Below the pieces are notes generated by a model. The model saw nothing but the letters and a program-made list of their open reading frames with translations, was not told the origin of the DNA and made no database searches. DNA of 64,000 bases, from the NCBI GenBank assembly GCA_963841915.1, contig CAWJEN010000005.1, positions 928,001-992,000 on the forward strand, in the 5' to 3' direction. Below are positions 45,788 through 57,043 of this stretch, in pieces. The translations under genes and the position numbers were made by a program. How positions within the stretch are numbered: the first letter of the stretch is position 1; every line of letters starts with the position of its first letter. Origin of the DNA: an uncultured Planctomycetota bacterium. GTDB lineage: Bacteria > Planctomycetota > Phycisphaerae > Tepidisphaerales > Tepidisphaeraceae.

Positions 45788-47155
45788 ATGTCATCAGGCG
45801 ATGCCGACTTTCTCGTTCATCAGCTCGACAACGGCCTCGTTGTTCTGGCCGAGCACATGCCGGGTATGCGATCGGCGGCGATGGAGTTGCACGTCCCGGC
45901 CGGTGGCGCGACCGATCCCGTCGAGCGGTGCGGCAGCGCCAACGTGCTGTCGGAGATGGTCCTCCGCGGTGCAGGCGGCCGCGATGCTCGACAACTGACC
46001 GAATACCTCGACGGCCTTGGCTTGTGGCGTAGCAGCGGCACCGGAACCTTGTCGACCCGCTTCAGCGCAAGCGGACTTGCATCGCACGTGATGCACGGAT
46101 TGAAAGCCCACGCCGACATCGTGAGAAGGCCACATCTGCACGAAGACGCCTTCGGCCCGAGCGTTGATTTGGCCCTTCAGTCGCTCGAAGGCCTTGCCGA
46201 CAATCCACAGGGCCTTGCAATGGTCAAGCTCCGCGAGTGGGCATGGCCCGGTCCATTCAGCCGCAACCCTGCCGGTGAGCTCGATCACCTCGAGAAGCTC
46301 ACGGCGGAAGGGCTCAAAGACGATTTCGTCGCACGGTTCAGACCCGACGGGGCGGTGCTGTCCATCGCGGGTGACATCGACCAGAACAACGTGCGGGACG
46401 ATGCCGAGCGTTTCTTTGGTGACTGGCAAGGCCCGAAGCGGCCGGTCGTGGATGTGACGCCGTCGGCCGGTGACTTCCTGTTCATCGAGCAGGACGTCCA
46501 GCAGACGCACATCGCCCTTGCTTATCCGACGCCTGCCGAGTCGAGGCGAGATTACTATTTGTCACGCCTGGCCGTCGAGTGCCTTAGCGGCGGCATGAGT
46601 GGCCGGCTGTTCGACCGCATCCGCGAACGGCAGGGGTTGTGCTACAGCATATTTGCCAGCTACGCGAGCTTGGCCGCCGTCGAGACGGGGCCGAGCGACG
46701 ACGACGACTTTGCGAGCATCTTCTGCTACGCGGGCACGAGCAACGAGCGGGCCCAGGAGACGCTCGACGCGCTTGTCCGCGAACTCGTCATAATGCGTGA
46801 AGGTGTGACGGCTGACGAGTTGCGACGGGCGAAGATCGGTCTGAAGGCGGGCACGGTCACGAGCGGCGAAAGCACCTCCGCCCGGGCCGGCGCGTTGGCC
46901 CGCGACTGGCAGGTCCGCCGCCGACTGCGCTCGCTCGATGAGATCGTTGCCGCCATTGATGCGATCACGCTCGACGACGTCAACGCTTGGCTCGCGGCCA
47001 ACCCGGCCGGGCCGTTCACGGTTGTGTTGATCGGGCCCAAGCCGCTGGACGTGCCTGACGACGGTGGAACGCGAAGGGGCCAAGGAGGCAAAGGCCCGCG
47101 GAGATCGGACGGCGGTGCGGGTGAGGCGTCAATCGACTCGCTGCACACGCCTTAA
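45788..47155 (+). CDS. M16 peptidase, non-catalytic subunit
   Basis: M16 motifs (GGMSGRLF..IRERQGLCY), but HXXEH is replaced by NVLSE. Confidence 0.85.
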   Translation: MSSGDADFLVHQLDNGLVVLAEHMPGMRSAAMELHVPAGGATDPVERCGSANVLSEMVLRGAGGRDARQLTEYLDGLGLWRSSGTGTLSTRFSASGLASHVMHGLKAHADIVRRPHLHEDAFGPSVDLALQSLEGLADNPQGLAMVKLREWAWPGPFSRNPAGELDHLEKLTAEGLKDDFVARFRPDGAVLSIAGDIDQNNVRDDAERFFGDWQGPKRPVVDVTPSAGDFLFIEQDVQQTHIALAYPTPAESRRDYYLSRLAVECLSGGMSGRLFDRIRERQGLCYSIFASYASLAAVETGPSDDDDFASIFCYAGTSNERAQETLDALVRELVIMREGVTADELRRAKIGLKAGTVTSGESTSARAGALARDWQVRRRLRSLDEIVAAIDAITLDDVNAWLAANPAGPFTVVLIGPKPLDVPDDGGTRRGQGGKGPRRSDGGAGEASIDSLHTP

Positions 47156-47211
47156 CCTTCGGCTTGCTTCCTTGTTCTGCAAACTTCGGCTCCTTCGCTC
47201 CTTCGAGAATT

Positions 47212-48426
47212 ATGCCTGACCACTTCGAACACAAGCTCGACAACGGCCTGACGATCCTCGCCGAGCCGACGCCGACGGCGCGATCGTTTGCGTGTGGTCT
47301 CTTCGTCCGGACCGGTACGCGGGACGAGCCGGTGCGGCTCAACGGCGTCAGTCACTTTCTCGAACACATGATGTTCAAAGGCAGCGAGCAACGCGACGCG
47401 GCCGAGATGAACCGCGTGTTCGACGACCTCGGAGCCAACTACAACGCGTTCACAACGCAGGAGATGACCGCGTACTACGCGTCGGTGCTGCCGGAATACA
47501 CGGCAGACGTGATGGAGCACATGGGTCACTTGTTCCGTCCGGCACTGCGGGAGGCCGACTTCGAGACGGAAAAGCAGGTAATACTGGAAGAGATCGCCAT
47601 GTACGCCGACGATCCGGGGCACCGCGTGCTCGAGGAGCTGACGGCAAAGCATTACGCGGGTCACCCTTTGGAGATGAGCATCCTCGGTCCTGCTGCGACG
47701 ATCGAGGGGATGGCCCGGGACGACATGGCTGCCTACCTGAGTGAGCATTATGGCCCGCGCAACACGGTGCTGAGCGTGACGGGGCAGTTTGACTTCGATC
47801 AGGTCGTGAAGCTGGCCGAGCGGCACTACGGCCATTGGGAGCCGGTCGGCTTCGAGCGCGAGCACCCGCCCGTCAAGCAGGCGAGCGGTCGCTTCGACAT
47901 GACCGACCCCAAGCTCAGCCGACGATACGTAACGGCGTTGTGTCCCGGGCCAGACGCCACGGATAACGCCCGCTACACGGCCAAAGTGCTGTGCGACCTC
48001 ATCGGCGACGGTGACGGCAGCCGGCTGTATTGGGCGCTGGTCGATAACGCCATCTGCGAAGAGGCCGACTTCTCGCATTGGCCTAGCGATGGCGTCGGCA
48101 GCTACGCCTTGTCGCTCACGTGCGACCCTAAGCGGGGCGAACAGGCGCTGGTTATTGCGCTGGCTGAGCTGAAGCGGGTGGTAAGTGATTTGGACGACTC
48201 GGAACTCGAACGGGCCAAGAACAAGATCGCCGGTGGCAGCGTGATCCACGGCGAAAGCCCGCTTGGCCGCATGCGGGCGATCGGCGGCGGTTGGGTCTAC
48301 GACGGCAGGTACCGCCGACTAGACGACGAGCTCAACGCGATTCTGGCCGTCACGCGGAGCGACGTGTTGGCGCTGCTGGAGCGGTTCCCATTCGAGCCGA
48401 TGACGGTCGTCACGCTCGGCCCGTAG
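47212..48426 (+). CDS. M16 peptidase, catalytic subunit
   Basis: GVSHFLEHMMFKG, NAFT, EKQVILEE. Confidence 0.92.
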   Translation: MPDHFEHKLDNGLTILAEPTPTARSFACGLFVRTGTRDEPVRLNGVSHFLEHMMFKGSEQRDAAEMNRVFDDLGANYNAFTTQEMTAYYASVLPEYTADVMEHMGHLFRPALREADFETEKQVILEEIAMYADDPGHRVLEELTAKHYAGHPLEMSILGPAATIEGMARDDMAAYLSEHYGPRNTVLSVTGQFDFDQVVKLAERHYGHWEPVGFEREHPPVKQASGRFDMTDPKLSRRYVTALCPGPDATDNARYTAKVLCDLIGDGDGSRLYWALVDNAICEEADFSHWPSDGVGSYALSLTCDPKRGEQALVIALAELKRVVSDLDDSELERAKNKIAGGSVIHGESPLGRMRAIGGGWVYDGRYRRLDDELNAILAVTRSDVLALLERFPFEPMTVVTLGP

Positions 48427-48434
48427 CGTCTTTC

Positions 48435-48686
48435 ATGCCGATCGAACGCAACGACGGTGCCGACGCTTTCTTTGGTGGCGACATGTTCGGTCTCTTCGCA
48501 GCCGACCACGAGGTCTCGCGGTTGCAACGCGTGATGGCCTTCTGTGAAGCGAGCATGGACGACGTACTCATCTGCCCGGTGACGCGAGAGCGGGTGCGGT
48601 TCTACCTCGACGTCGATGCTGAGGTAACGCGTCGGGCCGACGTGCTGGAGCTCGAAAAGCAGTGGAACCCTCTGCGTCGGATGTGA
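48435..48686 (+). CDS. Hypothetical protein
   Basis: Co-oriented ORF filling the gap between the M16 and NUDIX genes; no motif recognised. Confidence 0.4.
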   Translation: MPIERNDGADAFFGGDMFGLFAADHEVSRLQRVMAFCEASMDDVLICPVTRERVRFYLDVDAEVTRRADVLELEKQWNPLRRM

Positions 48687-48721
48687 TCGCTTGGCCGTCG
48701 TCACTTTCGTAAGCTGCCGGC

Positions 48722-49252
48722 TTGGACCTCGACCGCTTCAGACGACAGATCAGCGACAGCAATGACGAGGCGTCAGCTCGGATGGTGCAGTTGCTGGACG
48801 ATGCCGGGCTGGTGGCGTTCGAGCGGTCGCACTTTGACCCCGGTCATTTCACCGCCAGTGCCTTCGTGTTGTCGCCCGACAAGGCGTCGCTGCTGCTGAT
48901 TCGGCACGCCAAGCTCAACCGCTGGCTCCAACCGGGCGGGCACATCGACACCACCGACGCGTCGCCACTTCACGCGGCCCGGCGCGAACTGCTCGAAGAG
49001 ACCGGCCTGCATCGCGTGACGGGTGACCGTGAGATTTTCGACCTCGACATTCATCCGATCCCGGCCAACTCGAAGAAGAACGAGCCGCCGCACGAGCACT
49101 TTGACGTGCGGTTCCTGTTCCACGCGGCGAGCGAGGGCCTGGTCGCCGGCGACGATGCGCTGGCCGCCAAGTGGGTGCCGTTGGGTGACGTCGCATCGAC
49201 GGTCGACGACGCCAGTCTCCGCCGCGTCGCCCAGCGACTGCTGCGTTCATGA
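48722..49252 (+). CDS. NUDIX hydrolase
   Basis: GHFTASAF, WLQPGGH..AARRELLEETGL Nudix box. Confidence 0.88.
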   Translation: MDLDRFRRQISDSNDEASARMVQLLDDAGLVAFERSHFDPGHFTASAFVLSPDKASLLLIRHAKLNRWLQPGGHIDTTDASPLHAARRELLEETGLHRVTGDREIFDLDIHPIPANSKKNEPPHEHFDVRFLFHAASEGLVAGDDALAAKWVPLGDVASTVDDASLRRVAQRLLRS

Positions 49253-49294
49253 ACTCTGCGGCCGACCCGAACCGATGCCGACTATCCTCGCGGC

Positions 49295-52219
49295 ATGGCA
49301 GGCGCGGCAGACGGCAAGTTCATCAAGATCACCGGTGCCCGCGAGCACAATCTCAAGGACATTTCCCTCGAGATCCCGCGCGACAAGCTCACCGTCGTCA
49401 CCGGCCTGTCAGGTAGCGGCAAGAGCACGCTCGCGTTCGACACCGTCTATGCCGAGGGCCAGCGGAAGTACATGGAATCGCTGTCGGCCTATGCCCGGCA
49501 GTTCCTCGATCAGCTGCAGAAGCCCGACCTCGACGACATCGAAGGGTTGCCACCGACAATCGCGATCGAGCAGCGTGGCAGTTCGTCGAACCCGCGATCA
49601 ACGGTCGCAACGACGACGGAGATTTATGACTACCTGCGGTTGCTGTTCGCCCGTGCCGGGACGCCGCACTGCTGGGAGTGCGGCCGCGTGATCCGCGGGC
49701 AGTCGGCGTCGCAGATCGTCGACGACGTCATGACGCTGCCGGAGAAGACAAAGCTGATGATCCTGGCGCCGCTCGTCCGTGGGCAAAAGGGCGAGCACCG
49801 CGAAACCTTTGGGGCGATCGTGAAGCAGGGTTTCGTCCGCGCCCGCGTCGACGGCGACATAATGGACGTCAAAGCCGACGACCCGCCGACGCTGAAGAAG
49901 ACGTTCAAGCACGACGTCGAAGCCGTCGTCGACCGCATCATGCTCAAGCCCGACGCTCGCGGCCGCGTTGCAGAGAGCATCGAGGCGGCGCTACGGCTGA
50001 CGGACGGCAGCGTGATCGTGACCGTTGCCGACGGGGACACCTGGACGGACCGGCTTTACAGCGAGAAGTTTGCCTGCCCCGTCCACCCGCACGTGTCGCT
50101 GAGCGAGCTCGAGCCGCGGCTGTTCAGCTTCAACTCGCCGCACGGTGCGTGCCCCGATTGTCACGGCCTCGGCACGGTGCAGGAGTTCGACGGCGACCTT
50201 GTCATTGCTGATCCTGAGCTGTCGCTTGAAAATGGGGCGATCGAGCCGTGGCGGAAGAACGGCAAGCGGATGAACATCTACTACAGCCGTGTGCTGCGGA
50301 CGTTCTGTCGCGACTTCAAGGCTGATTACTACAAGCCGGTCGGCAAGATCGATAAGAAGGTGCTGACGGTGCTCCTGCAAGGCACCGCCGCGGCAGGTGA
50401 CCTTGGGACGGGCACGTACTTCGAAGGCGTGCTGCCGAACCTGCAGCGCAGGTTCGAAGATACCGAAAGCGACTGGGTCAAGCACCGCCTGGCCAGCTAC
50501 ATGAGCGAGACGGCCTGCCCGACGTGCCAAGGCAAGCGGCTTCGCCCCGAGGCATTGGCCGTGCGGATCGAAACCGGCGACGGCCGCAAGGACGGCAACC
50601 TCGTCGGCTACTCCATCCACGACGTGACGACCATGAACGTCACCGACGGCCTCAAGTTCTTCGGAGACCTGACGCTATCGAGCGAAGGCGAAGCTATCGC
50701 AGGCCCCATCCGTCGCGAGGTCACCAACCGCCTCGGCTTCCTGCACGACGTCGGCCTGGGCTATCTCGATCTCAATCGAAAGACCGGCTCGCTCTCAGGC
50801 GGTGAAGCGCAACGCATCCGCCTGGCCACCCAGGTCGGCTCCAAACTCGTCGGCGTCTGCTACGTCCTCGACGAACCGACCATCGGCCTGCACCAACGCG
50901 ACAATGACCGCCTCATCAAGACACTCCTCAAGCTTCGCGACATCGGCAACACCGTGCTCATGGTCGAGCACGACGAAGATTGCATCCGCGCCGCCGATCA
51001 CCTCATCGACATCGGCCCCGGTGCCGGTAGTCACGGCGGCAACGTCATCGCCCAGGGTGACATGCCGGCCGTTCTCAAGCAGAACAAGTCGCTCACGATC
51101 CAGTTTCTCAACGGCCGCGAGACGATCGACACCCCCGAGCAGCGTCGCAAGCTCGACAAGAAAAACTGCATCGAGCTCAAAGGCGCTGGCGCAAACAACC
51201 TGAGCGACGTGAGCGTCAAGTTCCCGCTGGGCGGGTTCGTCTGTGTCACCGGCGTCTCGGGCAGCGGAAAGTCAACGCTCGTCAACCAGACGCTGCTGCC
51301 GGCCATGAAGCGGAAGATCTACGGCAGTCGCACCAAACCCGGTCAGCACAAGAGCATCGCCGGCTGCTCGAAGATCGACAAGATTATCGAGATCGACCAG
51401 TCCCCGATCGGCCGCACGCCACGCTCCAACGCTGCAACGTATACCGGCTGCTTCGACGAGATCCGCAAGCTCTTCAGCCAGACCCGCGAGAGCAAGCTCC
51501 GCGGCTACAAGCCCGGCCGATTCAGCTTCAACGTCAAAGGCGGTCGGTGCGAGTCGTGTCAGGGCCAGGGCACCAAGCTCATCGAGATGCACTTCCTGCC
51601 TGATGTCTACGTCGAGTGCGAAGCCTGTCGCGGCAAGCGGTATAACCCTGAGACGCTCACCGTCCACTATCGCGGCAAGACCGTCGCAGATGTCCTGGCG
51701 ATGACGGTCGAAGAGGCCAAGGACTTCTTTGCCAACATCCCGGGCGTCTGGCGGATGACCAAAGCGCTCTACGACGTCGGCCTCGGTTACGTCAAGCTCG
51801 GTCAGCCCTCGACCCAGCTCTCCGGCGGCGAGGCACAACGCGTCAAGCTCGCCAGCGAACTCGGCAAGAATGCCACCGGCCACACGTTCTACGTCCTCGA
51901 CGAACCGACCACCGGCTTGCACTTCGAAGACATCCGCAAGCTCCTTGGCGTCCTGCAGCGCCTCTGTGACCACGGCAACACAGTGCTCGTCATCGAGCAC
52001 AACCTGGACGTCATCAAATGCGCCGACTGGCTCATCGACATGGGCCCAGAAGGCGGCAGTGGCGGCGGCACCGTTGTCGCCCAGGGCACACCCGAAGACG
52101 TCGCCAAGGTTCAAGGCAGTCACACCGCCGAGTACCTCGCGCCGAAGCTGGCGCCGAAGCCACCCCCGACGGTGAGGCCGGTTAAGCCGAAGCGATCGAA
52201 GGCAAAAGTTGCCGCTTGA
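49295..52219 (+). CDS. uvrA: Excinuclease ABC subunit A
   Basis: Two Walker A motifs ([16 protein letters not shown]), LSGGEAQR x2, Zn fingers. Confidence 0.97.
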   Translation: MAGAADGKFIKITGAREHNLKDISLEIPRDKLTVVTGLSGSGKSTLAFDTVYAEGQRKYMESLSAYARQFLDQLQKPDLDDIEGLPPTIAIEQRGSSSNPRSTVATTTEIYDYLRLLFARAGTPHCWECGRVIRGQSASQIVDDVMTLPEKTKLMILAPLVRGQKGEHRETFGAIVKQGFVRARVDGDIMDVKADDPPTLKKTFKHDVEAVVDRIMLKPDARGRVAESIEAALRLTDGSVIVTVADGDTWTDRLYSEKFACPVHPHVSLSELEPRLFSFNSPHGACPDCHGLGTVQEFDGDLVIADPELSLENGAIEPWRKNGKRMNIYYSRVLRTFCRDFKADYYKPVGKIDKKVLTVLLQGTAAAGDLGTGTYFEGVLPNLQRRFEDTESDWVKHRLASYMSETACPTCQGKRLRPEALAVRIETGDGRKDGNLVGYSIHDVTTMNVTDGLKFFGDLTLSSEGEAIAGPIRREVTNRLGFLHDVGLGYLDLNRKTGSLSGGEAQRIRLATQVGSKLVGVCYVLDEPTIGLHQRDNDRLIKTLLKLRDIGNTVLMVEHDEDCIRAADHLIDIGPGAGSHGGNVIAQGDMPAVLKQNKSLTIQFLNGRETIDTPEQRRKLDKKNCIELKGAGANNLSDVSVKFPLGGFVCVTGVSGSGKSTLVNQTLLPAMKRKIYGSRTKPGQHKSIAGCSKIDKIIEIDQSPIGRTPRSNAATYTGCFDEIRKLFSQTRESKLRGYKPGRFSFNVKGGRCESCQGQGTKLIEMHFLPDVYVECEACRGKRYNPETLTVHYRGKTVADVLAMTVEEAKDFFANIPGVWRMTKALYDVGLGYVKLGQPSTQLSGGEAQRVKLASELGKNATGHTFYVLDEPTTGLHFEDIRKLLGVLQRLCDHGNTVLVIEHNLDVIKCADWLIDMGPEGGSGGGTVVAQGTPEDVAKVQGSHTAEYLAPKLAPKPPPTVRPVKPKRSKAKVAA

Positions 52220-52236
52220 AGCTTAGAGTGAGACTG

Positions 52237-52452
52237 ATGCCCTACGTCAACATCAAGATCACCAAGTCGAACGTCTCGCGTGAGCAGAAGGCCAAGCTCG
52301 TTAGCGGTGTCACGGACCTGCTCGTCGACACGCTCGGCAAGAAGCCGGAGCACATCCACGTGGTCCTCGACCTCGTGGAGGAAGAAGATTGGGGCTTTGC
52401 GGGTCAATTGACCGATGATCTGCGACGATCTGCGGCTAAAGTCGATGCATGA
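52237..52452 (+). CDS. 4-oxalocrotonate tautomerase family protein
   Basis: (M)PYVNIKIT Pro-1, EQKAKL, WGFAG. Confidence 0.85.
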   Translation: MPYVNIKITKSNVSREQKAKLVSGVTDLLVDTLGKKPEHIHVVLDLVEEEDWGFAGQLTDDLRRSAAKVDA

Positions 52453-53093
52453 ACATCGCTTTTATCGGCTACGGCTCCATGACCAAGGCCCTTGCCCCAC
52501 GCTTCAAGACGGCGGGACATGATGTCTTCCTCGGCGGTCACAATCCGGGTAAGGCCAAGGCTGCGGCGGATGTCATCGGGGCGAGCGGGTCGGGTGATAC
52601 GAAGGACGCGGTCGCATTCGGAAAGGTGATCGTCTTGGCGACGCCGCACGACAAGGTGGACGACGCCATCGGCGATGCAGGCGGGCCGTCGGCGTTTGCG
52701 GGCAAGGTGGTGGTCGACATCAACAACCCCGTACCCGGCTACGCCGACCGAGATTTCACCGTCGTCACCTACGACGGCAAGAGCCTCGCCGAAGCCATTG
52801 CCGACAAGCTGCCGGATGCTGAAGTGTGTAAGGCGTTCAATTGCTGTCAGGCAGATGTGTGGACGATGGATCCGCCTCTGTTCGACGGCCGAAAGCTCGT
52901 GACGATGACGTGTGCGAATGGCGAGCGGGCTCGCAGCGTGGCAAAGCAACTGGTCGAAGCCACCGGCGGTGAGCCTCTCGACCTCGGCGACCTCAAGTAC
53001 GCCCGCAAGCTCGAAGCGATGGCCGGCATTGTCATCCAGCTGCTCTTCAGCGGGCGCGACACCAAGACCGTGCTCAACCTCGTAACTGCGTGA
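52449..53093 (+). CDS. F420-dependent NADP oxidoreductase family protein
   Basis: IGYGSM, LATP, VDINNP, KAFN, DLGDL..AR.LE. Confidence 0.8.
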   Translation: MNIAFIGYGSMTKALAPRFKTAGHDVFLGGHNPGKAKAAADVIGASGSGDTKDAVAFGKVIVLATPHDKVDDAIGDAGGPSAFAGKVVVDINNPVPGYADRDFTVVTYDGKSLAEAIADKLPDAEVCKAFNCCQADVWTMDPPLFDGRKLVTMTCANGERARSVAKQLVEATGGEPLDLGDLKYARKLEAMAGIVIQLLFSGRDTKTVLNLVTA

Positions 53094-53109
53094 GGTTCCA
53101 CGTGGAACT
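53094..53109. promoter_or_regulatory. parS site
   Basis: GGTTCCACGTGGAACT. Confidence 0.8.
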
Positions 53110-53151
53110 TTGAGTCTTCTGGAGGAGCGACGCGTCGTAGGCTGCTCCGCC

Positions 53152-54978
53152 GTGAAACCTCCGCCCATTCCTTCGACCCACGACGACCGCCCGAGCTCTG
53201 CCTTCGGCCTCGACTTCCGCCCGCGAGGCGAGGTCCACGCATCGCCCCACGACTGGCGAGACCTCGTCTGCTACCAAGTCGTTCTCGACCGCTTCGACGA
53301 CGGACAGGATCACCCAAGCTACAACGTCGAGACGACGAAAACGGGTCGCGACGAAGATCAGAGCTGGCACTTCCAGGGCGGCACCATCAAGGGGCTGCAC
53401 CGTCGGCTCGACTACATCCGCGGGCTCGGAGCAACGGCCATCTGGCTCAGCTGCCCGCTCAAGCAACGGGCCGGTGAGCAGACTTACCACGGCTACGCGA
53501 TTCAGGACTTTCTGGACATCGACCCGCGATTCGGGACAACGGCGGAGCTTGCTGATCTGGTCAAGGCCGCCCACGAGCTTGGCATGTACGTCATCCTCGA
53601 TGTGGTCATCGACCACGCGGCCGACGTCTTCAGCTACGAAGAAGGGCACGACGTCATGTACGACGGCGGCAAGCTCTACACGATGTCGAGCTTCTACGAT
53701 GGCGGTGACAAGGACCCGGGCGATTTCGGGCGTGATGATGCGGTTTGGCCGGTCGAGTTTCAGCAGGAGCGGGCGTGGGTCAGGCAGGGGCCGATGGACC
53801 CGATGAGTGCGACCGCTGCCGAGGCCAAGGACGGCGACTTCATGTCGCTCAAGAAGATCAACCTTCAGGACCCGCAGACATTGGCGGCCGTCGTCGCCTG
53901 CTACAAGTACTGGATCGCCGTCGCCGACGTCGACGGCTTTCGCATCGACGCGCTGCGTCATGTGCGACACCCGGCGGCGAGCGACTTCGTGCACGCCATC
54001 CGGGAGTTTGCCCTATCCATCGGCAAGGTCAACTTCCTGCAGGTCGGCGAAGTGGCCGACACCGACGAAGAAATGCGTCGCTACATCGGCACGAACGTCG
54101 AACTCATCGTCGCCGGTGACCACGACCTGTCCAGCGACCCTGACGAGACCGGTGACTACCCGCGCCTCGACGCCGTCATCGACTTCGAGCTGCACCGTCA
54201 GCTCATCCCGGTGCTGCTGGGCGAGCGACCGGCAACCGACTACGGCGGGTTGCTCAAGCGACGCGACCACTACTACCGCGACTACGGCAGAAGCGGCCGG
54301 TACTACCTCAGCTACCTCGAGAATCACGACGAAGGTGCCCGCGACCGGCACCGCCTGCTGGCAGGCAGCTACGACCAGACGCAACCCGGCTACGAGCGGC
54401 CTGGCGGTGACCCGCGACTGGGCGTGATGGCCAGCACCGTTCTGCTGTGCAGCATGGGCATTCCGTGCTTGTACTACGGCACCGAGCAGGGCTTTGACGG
54501 CGGGTCGAGTGAGCGCGACACGCACGTCCGCGAAGCCATGTTCGGCGGCCAGTGGGGGCCGTTCGACACGACCGGTGCCAGCTTCTTCGACGAGACGCAC
54601 CCGATCTACCAAGGCATCGCTAAGGCGTGCCAGGTGCGGGCCAGTGAGCCGACCCTGCGATATGGCCGGGCGTACCTCAGGCCCATCAGCGGCGACGGCA
54701 AGTCGTTCGGCATCCCGAAGCACAAGGGCGCTTTTGCCTTTGCCCGCGTGCTCGACGTGACCGAGATCGTCATTGCCGCCAACCCGTCGCTGGGTGATGC
54801 GGTCGGTCTCTGCGTCGGGGTCGATGCCAATCTCAATCCGCCCGGCTGGAAGATGCGCGACACGCTGCACCCGGACGGCAAGCGTTACACGATCGAGCAG
54901 AACAAGAAGGGGCAGGCCTTTGTCCGCCTCGACCTTGAGGCCCGCGGCGTCGCGGTGCTGCGGCTGAGCCTGAATTGA
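53152..54978 (+). CDS. Alpha-amylase family glycoside hydrolase (GH13)
   Basis: LDRFDDG, YHGY, DVVIDH, DGFRIDALRH, GEV, ENHD catalytic regions. Confidence 0.9.
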   Translation: MKPPPIPSTHDDRPSSAFGLDFRPRGEVHASPHDWRDLVCYQVVLDRFDDGQDHPSYNVETTKTGRDEDQSWHFQGGTIKGLHRRLDYIRGLGATAIWLSCPLKQRAGEQTYHGYAIQDFLDIDPRFGTTAELADLVKAAHELGMYVILDVVIDHAADVFSYEEGHDVMYDGGKLYTMSSFYDGGDKDPGDFGRDDAVWPVEFQQERAWVRQGPMDPMSATAAEAKDGDFMSLKKINLQDPQTLAAVVACYKYWIAVADVDGFRIDALRHVRHPAASDFVHAIREFALSIGKVNFLQVGEVADTDEEMRRYIGTNVELIVAGDHDLSSDPDETGDYPRLDAVIDFELHRQLIPVLLGERPATDYGGLLKRRDHYYRDYGRSGRYYLSYLENHDEGARDRHRLLAGSYDQTQPGYERPGGDPRLGVMASTVLLCSMGIPCLYYGTEQGFDGGSSERDTHVREAMFGGQWGPFDTTGASFFDETHPIYQGIAKACQVRASEPTLRYGRAYLRPISGDGKSFGIPKHKGAFAFARVLDVTEIVIAANPSLGDAVGLCVGVDANLNPPGWKMRDTLHPDGKRYTIEQNKKGQAFVRLDLEARGVAVLRLSLN

Positions 54979-55047
54979 CGTCAACGCGCTGCGCCGCGGC
55001 GGCCAAGCGGGCTCGGCGGTGGTGGCGGGGTCGTCGGCGGGCTCAAT

Positions 55048-55063
55048 TGTTCCACGTGGAACA
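55048..55063. promoter_or_regulatory. parS site
   Basis: Perfect TGTTCCACGTGGAACA. Confidence 0.9.
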
Positions 55064-55113
55064 TCGCCAACCGTCGCCGCGGGCTCTCAGCGACGGTCGG
55101 CAACGTCGGCAAA

Positions 55114-55129
55114 TGTTCCACGTGGAACA
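55114..55129. promoter_or_regulatory. parS site
   Basis: Perfect TGTTCCACGTGGAACA. Confidence 0.9.
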
Positions 55130-55369
55130 TTTTGCCTCCGCCGCTGCGTCGGCGGGTCGTCCATACTGCTGAAGGGGTACGGGCGGATTTACGGATCGAG
55201 TGCTGACGTCTGCGCTTGGTGTCGTGCCGGCAGCGAGCCGATGCGCATTGCGCCGCCGCGGCCGCCTTTGCGCTTCAAACCAGGTTGCACGTTCCTTGTC
55301 GTCATCCCTCGGCTGCGCTGGGGATAACGGCCCGGTCTGGTCCGAATGTTGCGTAGGAAGCAGGCTGCT

Positions 55370-56935
55370 TTATTTCGGGTCGAGCCGCGGGAACAGCGGC
55401 TCGCCGCCACCGAGCTGGTGGCCGGGCGTCGGCGGGGACTGCATCAAATCGTCAAGCGTCCTGCCGCCGACGTCGACACCCATCTGCGTCAGTCCCGCCG
55501 TCGCCTTCTCCGGCAGGATCGGCAAGAGCGCCACGAGCGCGCGGTAGGCCATCGTCGTCGCCGTCGCCAGCACCGCATCGAGCCGGGCCGCCTGCTGCTC
55601 GTCCTTGGCGAGCTTGAACGGCTCGGTCTGATCGATGTAAACGTTCATCGCTCGCGCCAGCTCGATCGGCAGCGTGGCCGCGTCCTGAAGACGAAGCTCT
55701 GCCCACGCCCTTGCCATGTCATCGGCGATCGCGTGACTCGCGGCCAGCGCGTCATCGTCCTGCTGCGTCGCCCCGGGCGTGCGGTCTGGCACAAGGCCGT
55801 CGCGGTATTTGCCGGTCATCTTGATGACGCGGTTGAGCCCGTTACCCAGCACGTTGGCCAGCTCGGCGTAGCTCTTCTTGAGTCCGTCGTCGGTCCAGTC
55901 GAGGTCGCTGCCGAATGGTGCTGCCCGGAGCATGTGGAACCGAATGGCGTCCCAGCCGATCTCGTCTGCCGCGGTGTCGAGTGTGGCCGTGTCGATGAAG
56001 TTACCAAGCGTTTTGCTCATCTTCTTACCGCCGCTCGTCCACCAGCCGTGCGCGTAGACGCACGTCGGTGGCCGCTCGCCCAGCGCCATCAGCAGGCAAG
56101 GCCAGTAGACCGTGTGGAACCACAGAATGTCCTTACCGATCAGGTGCACGTCGCAAGGCCAGAACGTCTTGTACTTGCTGTCGTCGTCGCTCTTGAAGCC
56201 GAGGGCACTTGCGTAGTTCGTCAGTGCGTCGACCCACACGTAGGCCACGTGCTTCGGATCGTTCGGCAGCGGCACGCCCCAGTCGAAGGTGCTTCGGCTG
56301 ATCGACAAGTCGCCGATCGTCTCGTCTTTGAGCCCCATCCGCAGTTTGCTCAGCACCTCGTTGTACCGAGCCTCCGGGCGGATCGCCCCGGGGTTCTGCT
56401 CGTAGTACTCGACGAGCTTGGGCAGGTACTTCGAGAGGCGGAAGAAGTAGCTGGCCTCTTCGTACTTCTCGAGGTCGCGGCCGCTGACGGGGCTCTTGAA
56501 GTCGCTGGCCTTGGCGTCGGTTTCGCTGACAAAGGCCTCTTCGCCTGCGTCGTACCAGCCGCTGTAGCTGCCGAGGTAGATGTCGTCGGAGGCGAGTAGT
56601 TGCTCGAGCACGCGGGTAACCGCCTGCTTGTGCCGCGGCTGTGTCGTGCGGATGAAGTCGTCGTTCGTGAGGTTGAGCTTGTCGTCGAAATAGGCCTGGA
56701 ACGCACCGGCCATGTCGTCGACGAGCTGTTGCGGCGTGATACCGCGGGCTTCTGCTTCGCGAGCGATCTTCTGGCCATGCTCGTCGGTGCCGGTGAGGAA
56801 GAACGTGTCGTCGCCTGCGAGCCGGTGGAAGCGTGCGACACTGTCTGCCGCCAGTGACGTGTAGACGTGCCCGATGTGCGGCTCGCCGTTGGTGTAGTAG
56901 ATCGGGGTCGTGATATAAAACGTGCCGTCAGCCAT
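55370..56935 (-). CDS. metG: Methionine--tRNA ligase
   Basis: FYITTPIYY, HIGH, GTDEHG, YVWVDAL, GKDI, KMSKT. Confidence 0.96.
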   Translation of the reverse strand: MADGTFYITTPIYYTNGEPHIGHVYTSLAADSVARFHRLAGDDTFFLTGTDEHGQKIAREAEARGITPQQLVDDMAGAFQAYFDDKLNLTNDDFIRTTQPRHKQAVTRVLEQLLASDDIYLGSYSGWYDAGEEAFVSETDAKASDFKSPVSGRDLEKYEEASYFFRLSKYLPKLVEYYEQNPGAIRPEARYNEVLSKLRMGLKDETIGDLSISRSTFDWGVPLPNDPKHVAYVWVDALTNYASALGFKSDDDSKYKTFWPCDVHLIGKDILWFHTVYWPCLLMALGERPPTCVYAHGWWTSGGKKMSKTLGNFIDTATLDTAADEIGWDAIRFHMLRAAPFGSDLDWTDDGLKKSYAELANVLGNGLNRVIKMTGKYRDGLVPDRTPGATQQDDDALAASHAIADDMARAWAELRLQDAATLPIELARAMNVYIDQTEPFKLAKDEQQAARLDAVLATATTMAYRALVALLPILPEKATAGLTQMGVDVGGRTLDDLMQSPPTPGHQLGGGEPLFPRLDPK

Positions 56936-57043
56936 CGCGAGGCGAGGGTAGCCGACCGGCGGCCTCGGGTGAGGCCCGGGGTGCTCGTCAAGCGGAGAGG
57001 GCACTCAACATGCCGCGGCCGTGGGTGAAGCGGGGAGCCGCTA

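Noticed and set aside
45788..48426. Tandem M16 genes, one lacking HXXEH, as a pseudogene or novelty
   Set aside because: Catalytic/non-catalytic heterodimeric M16B pairs are well known
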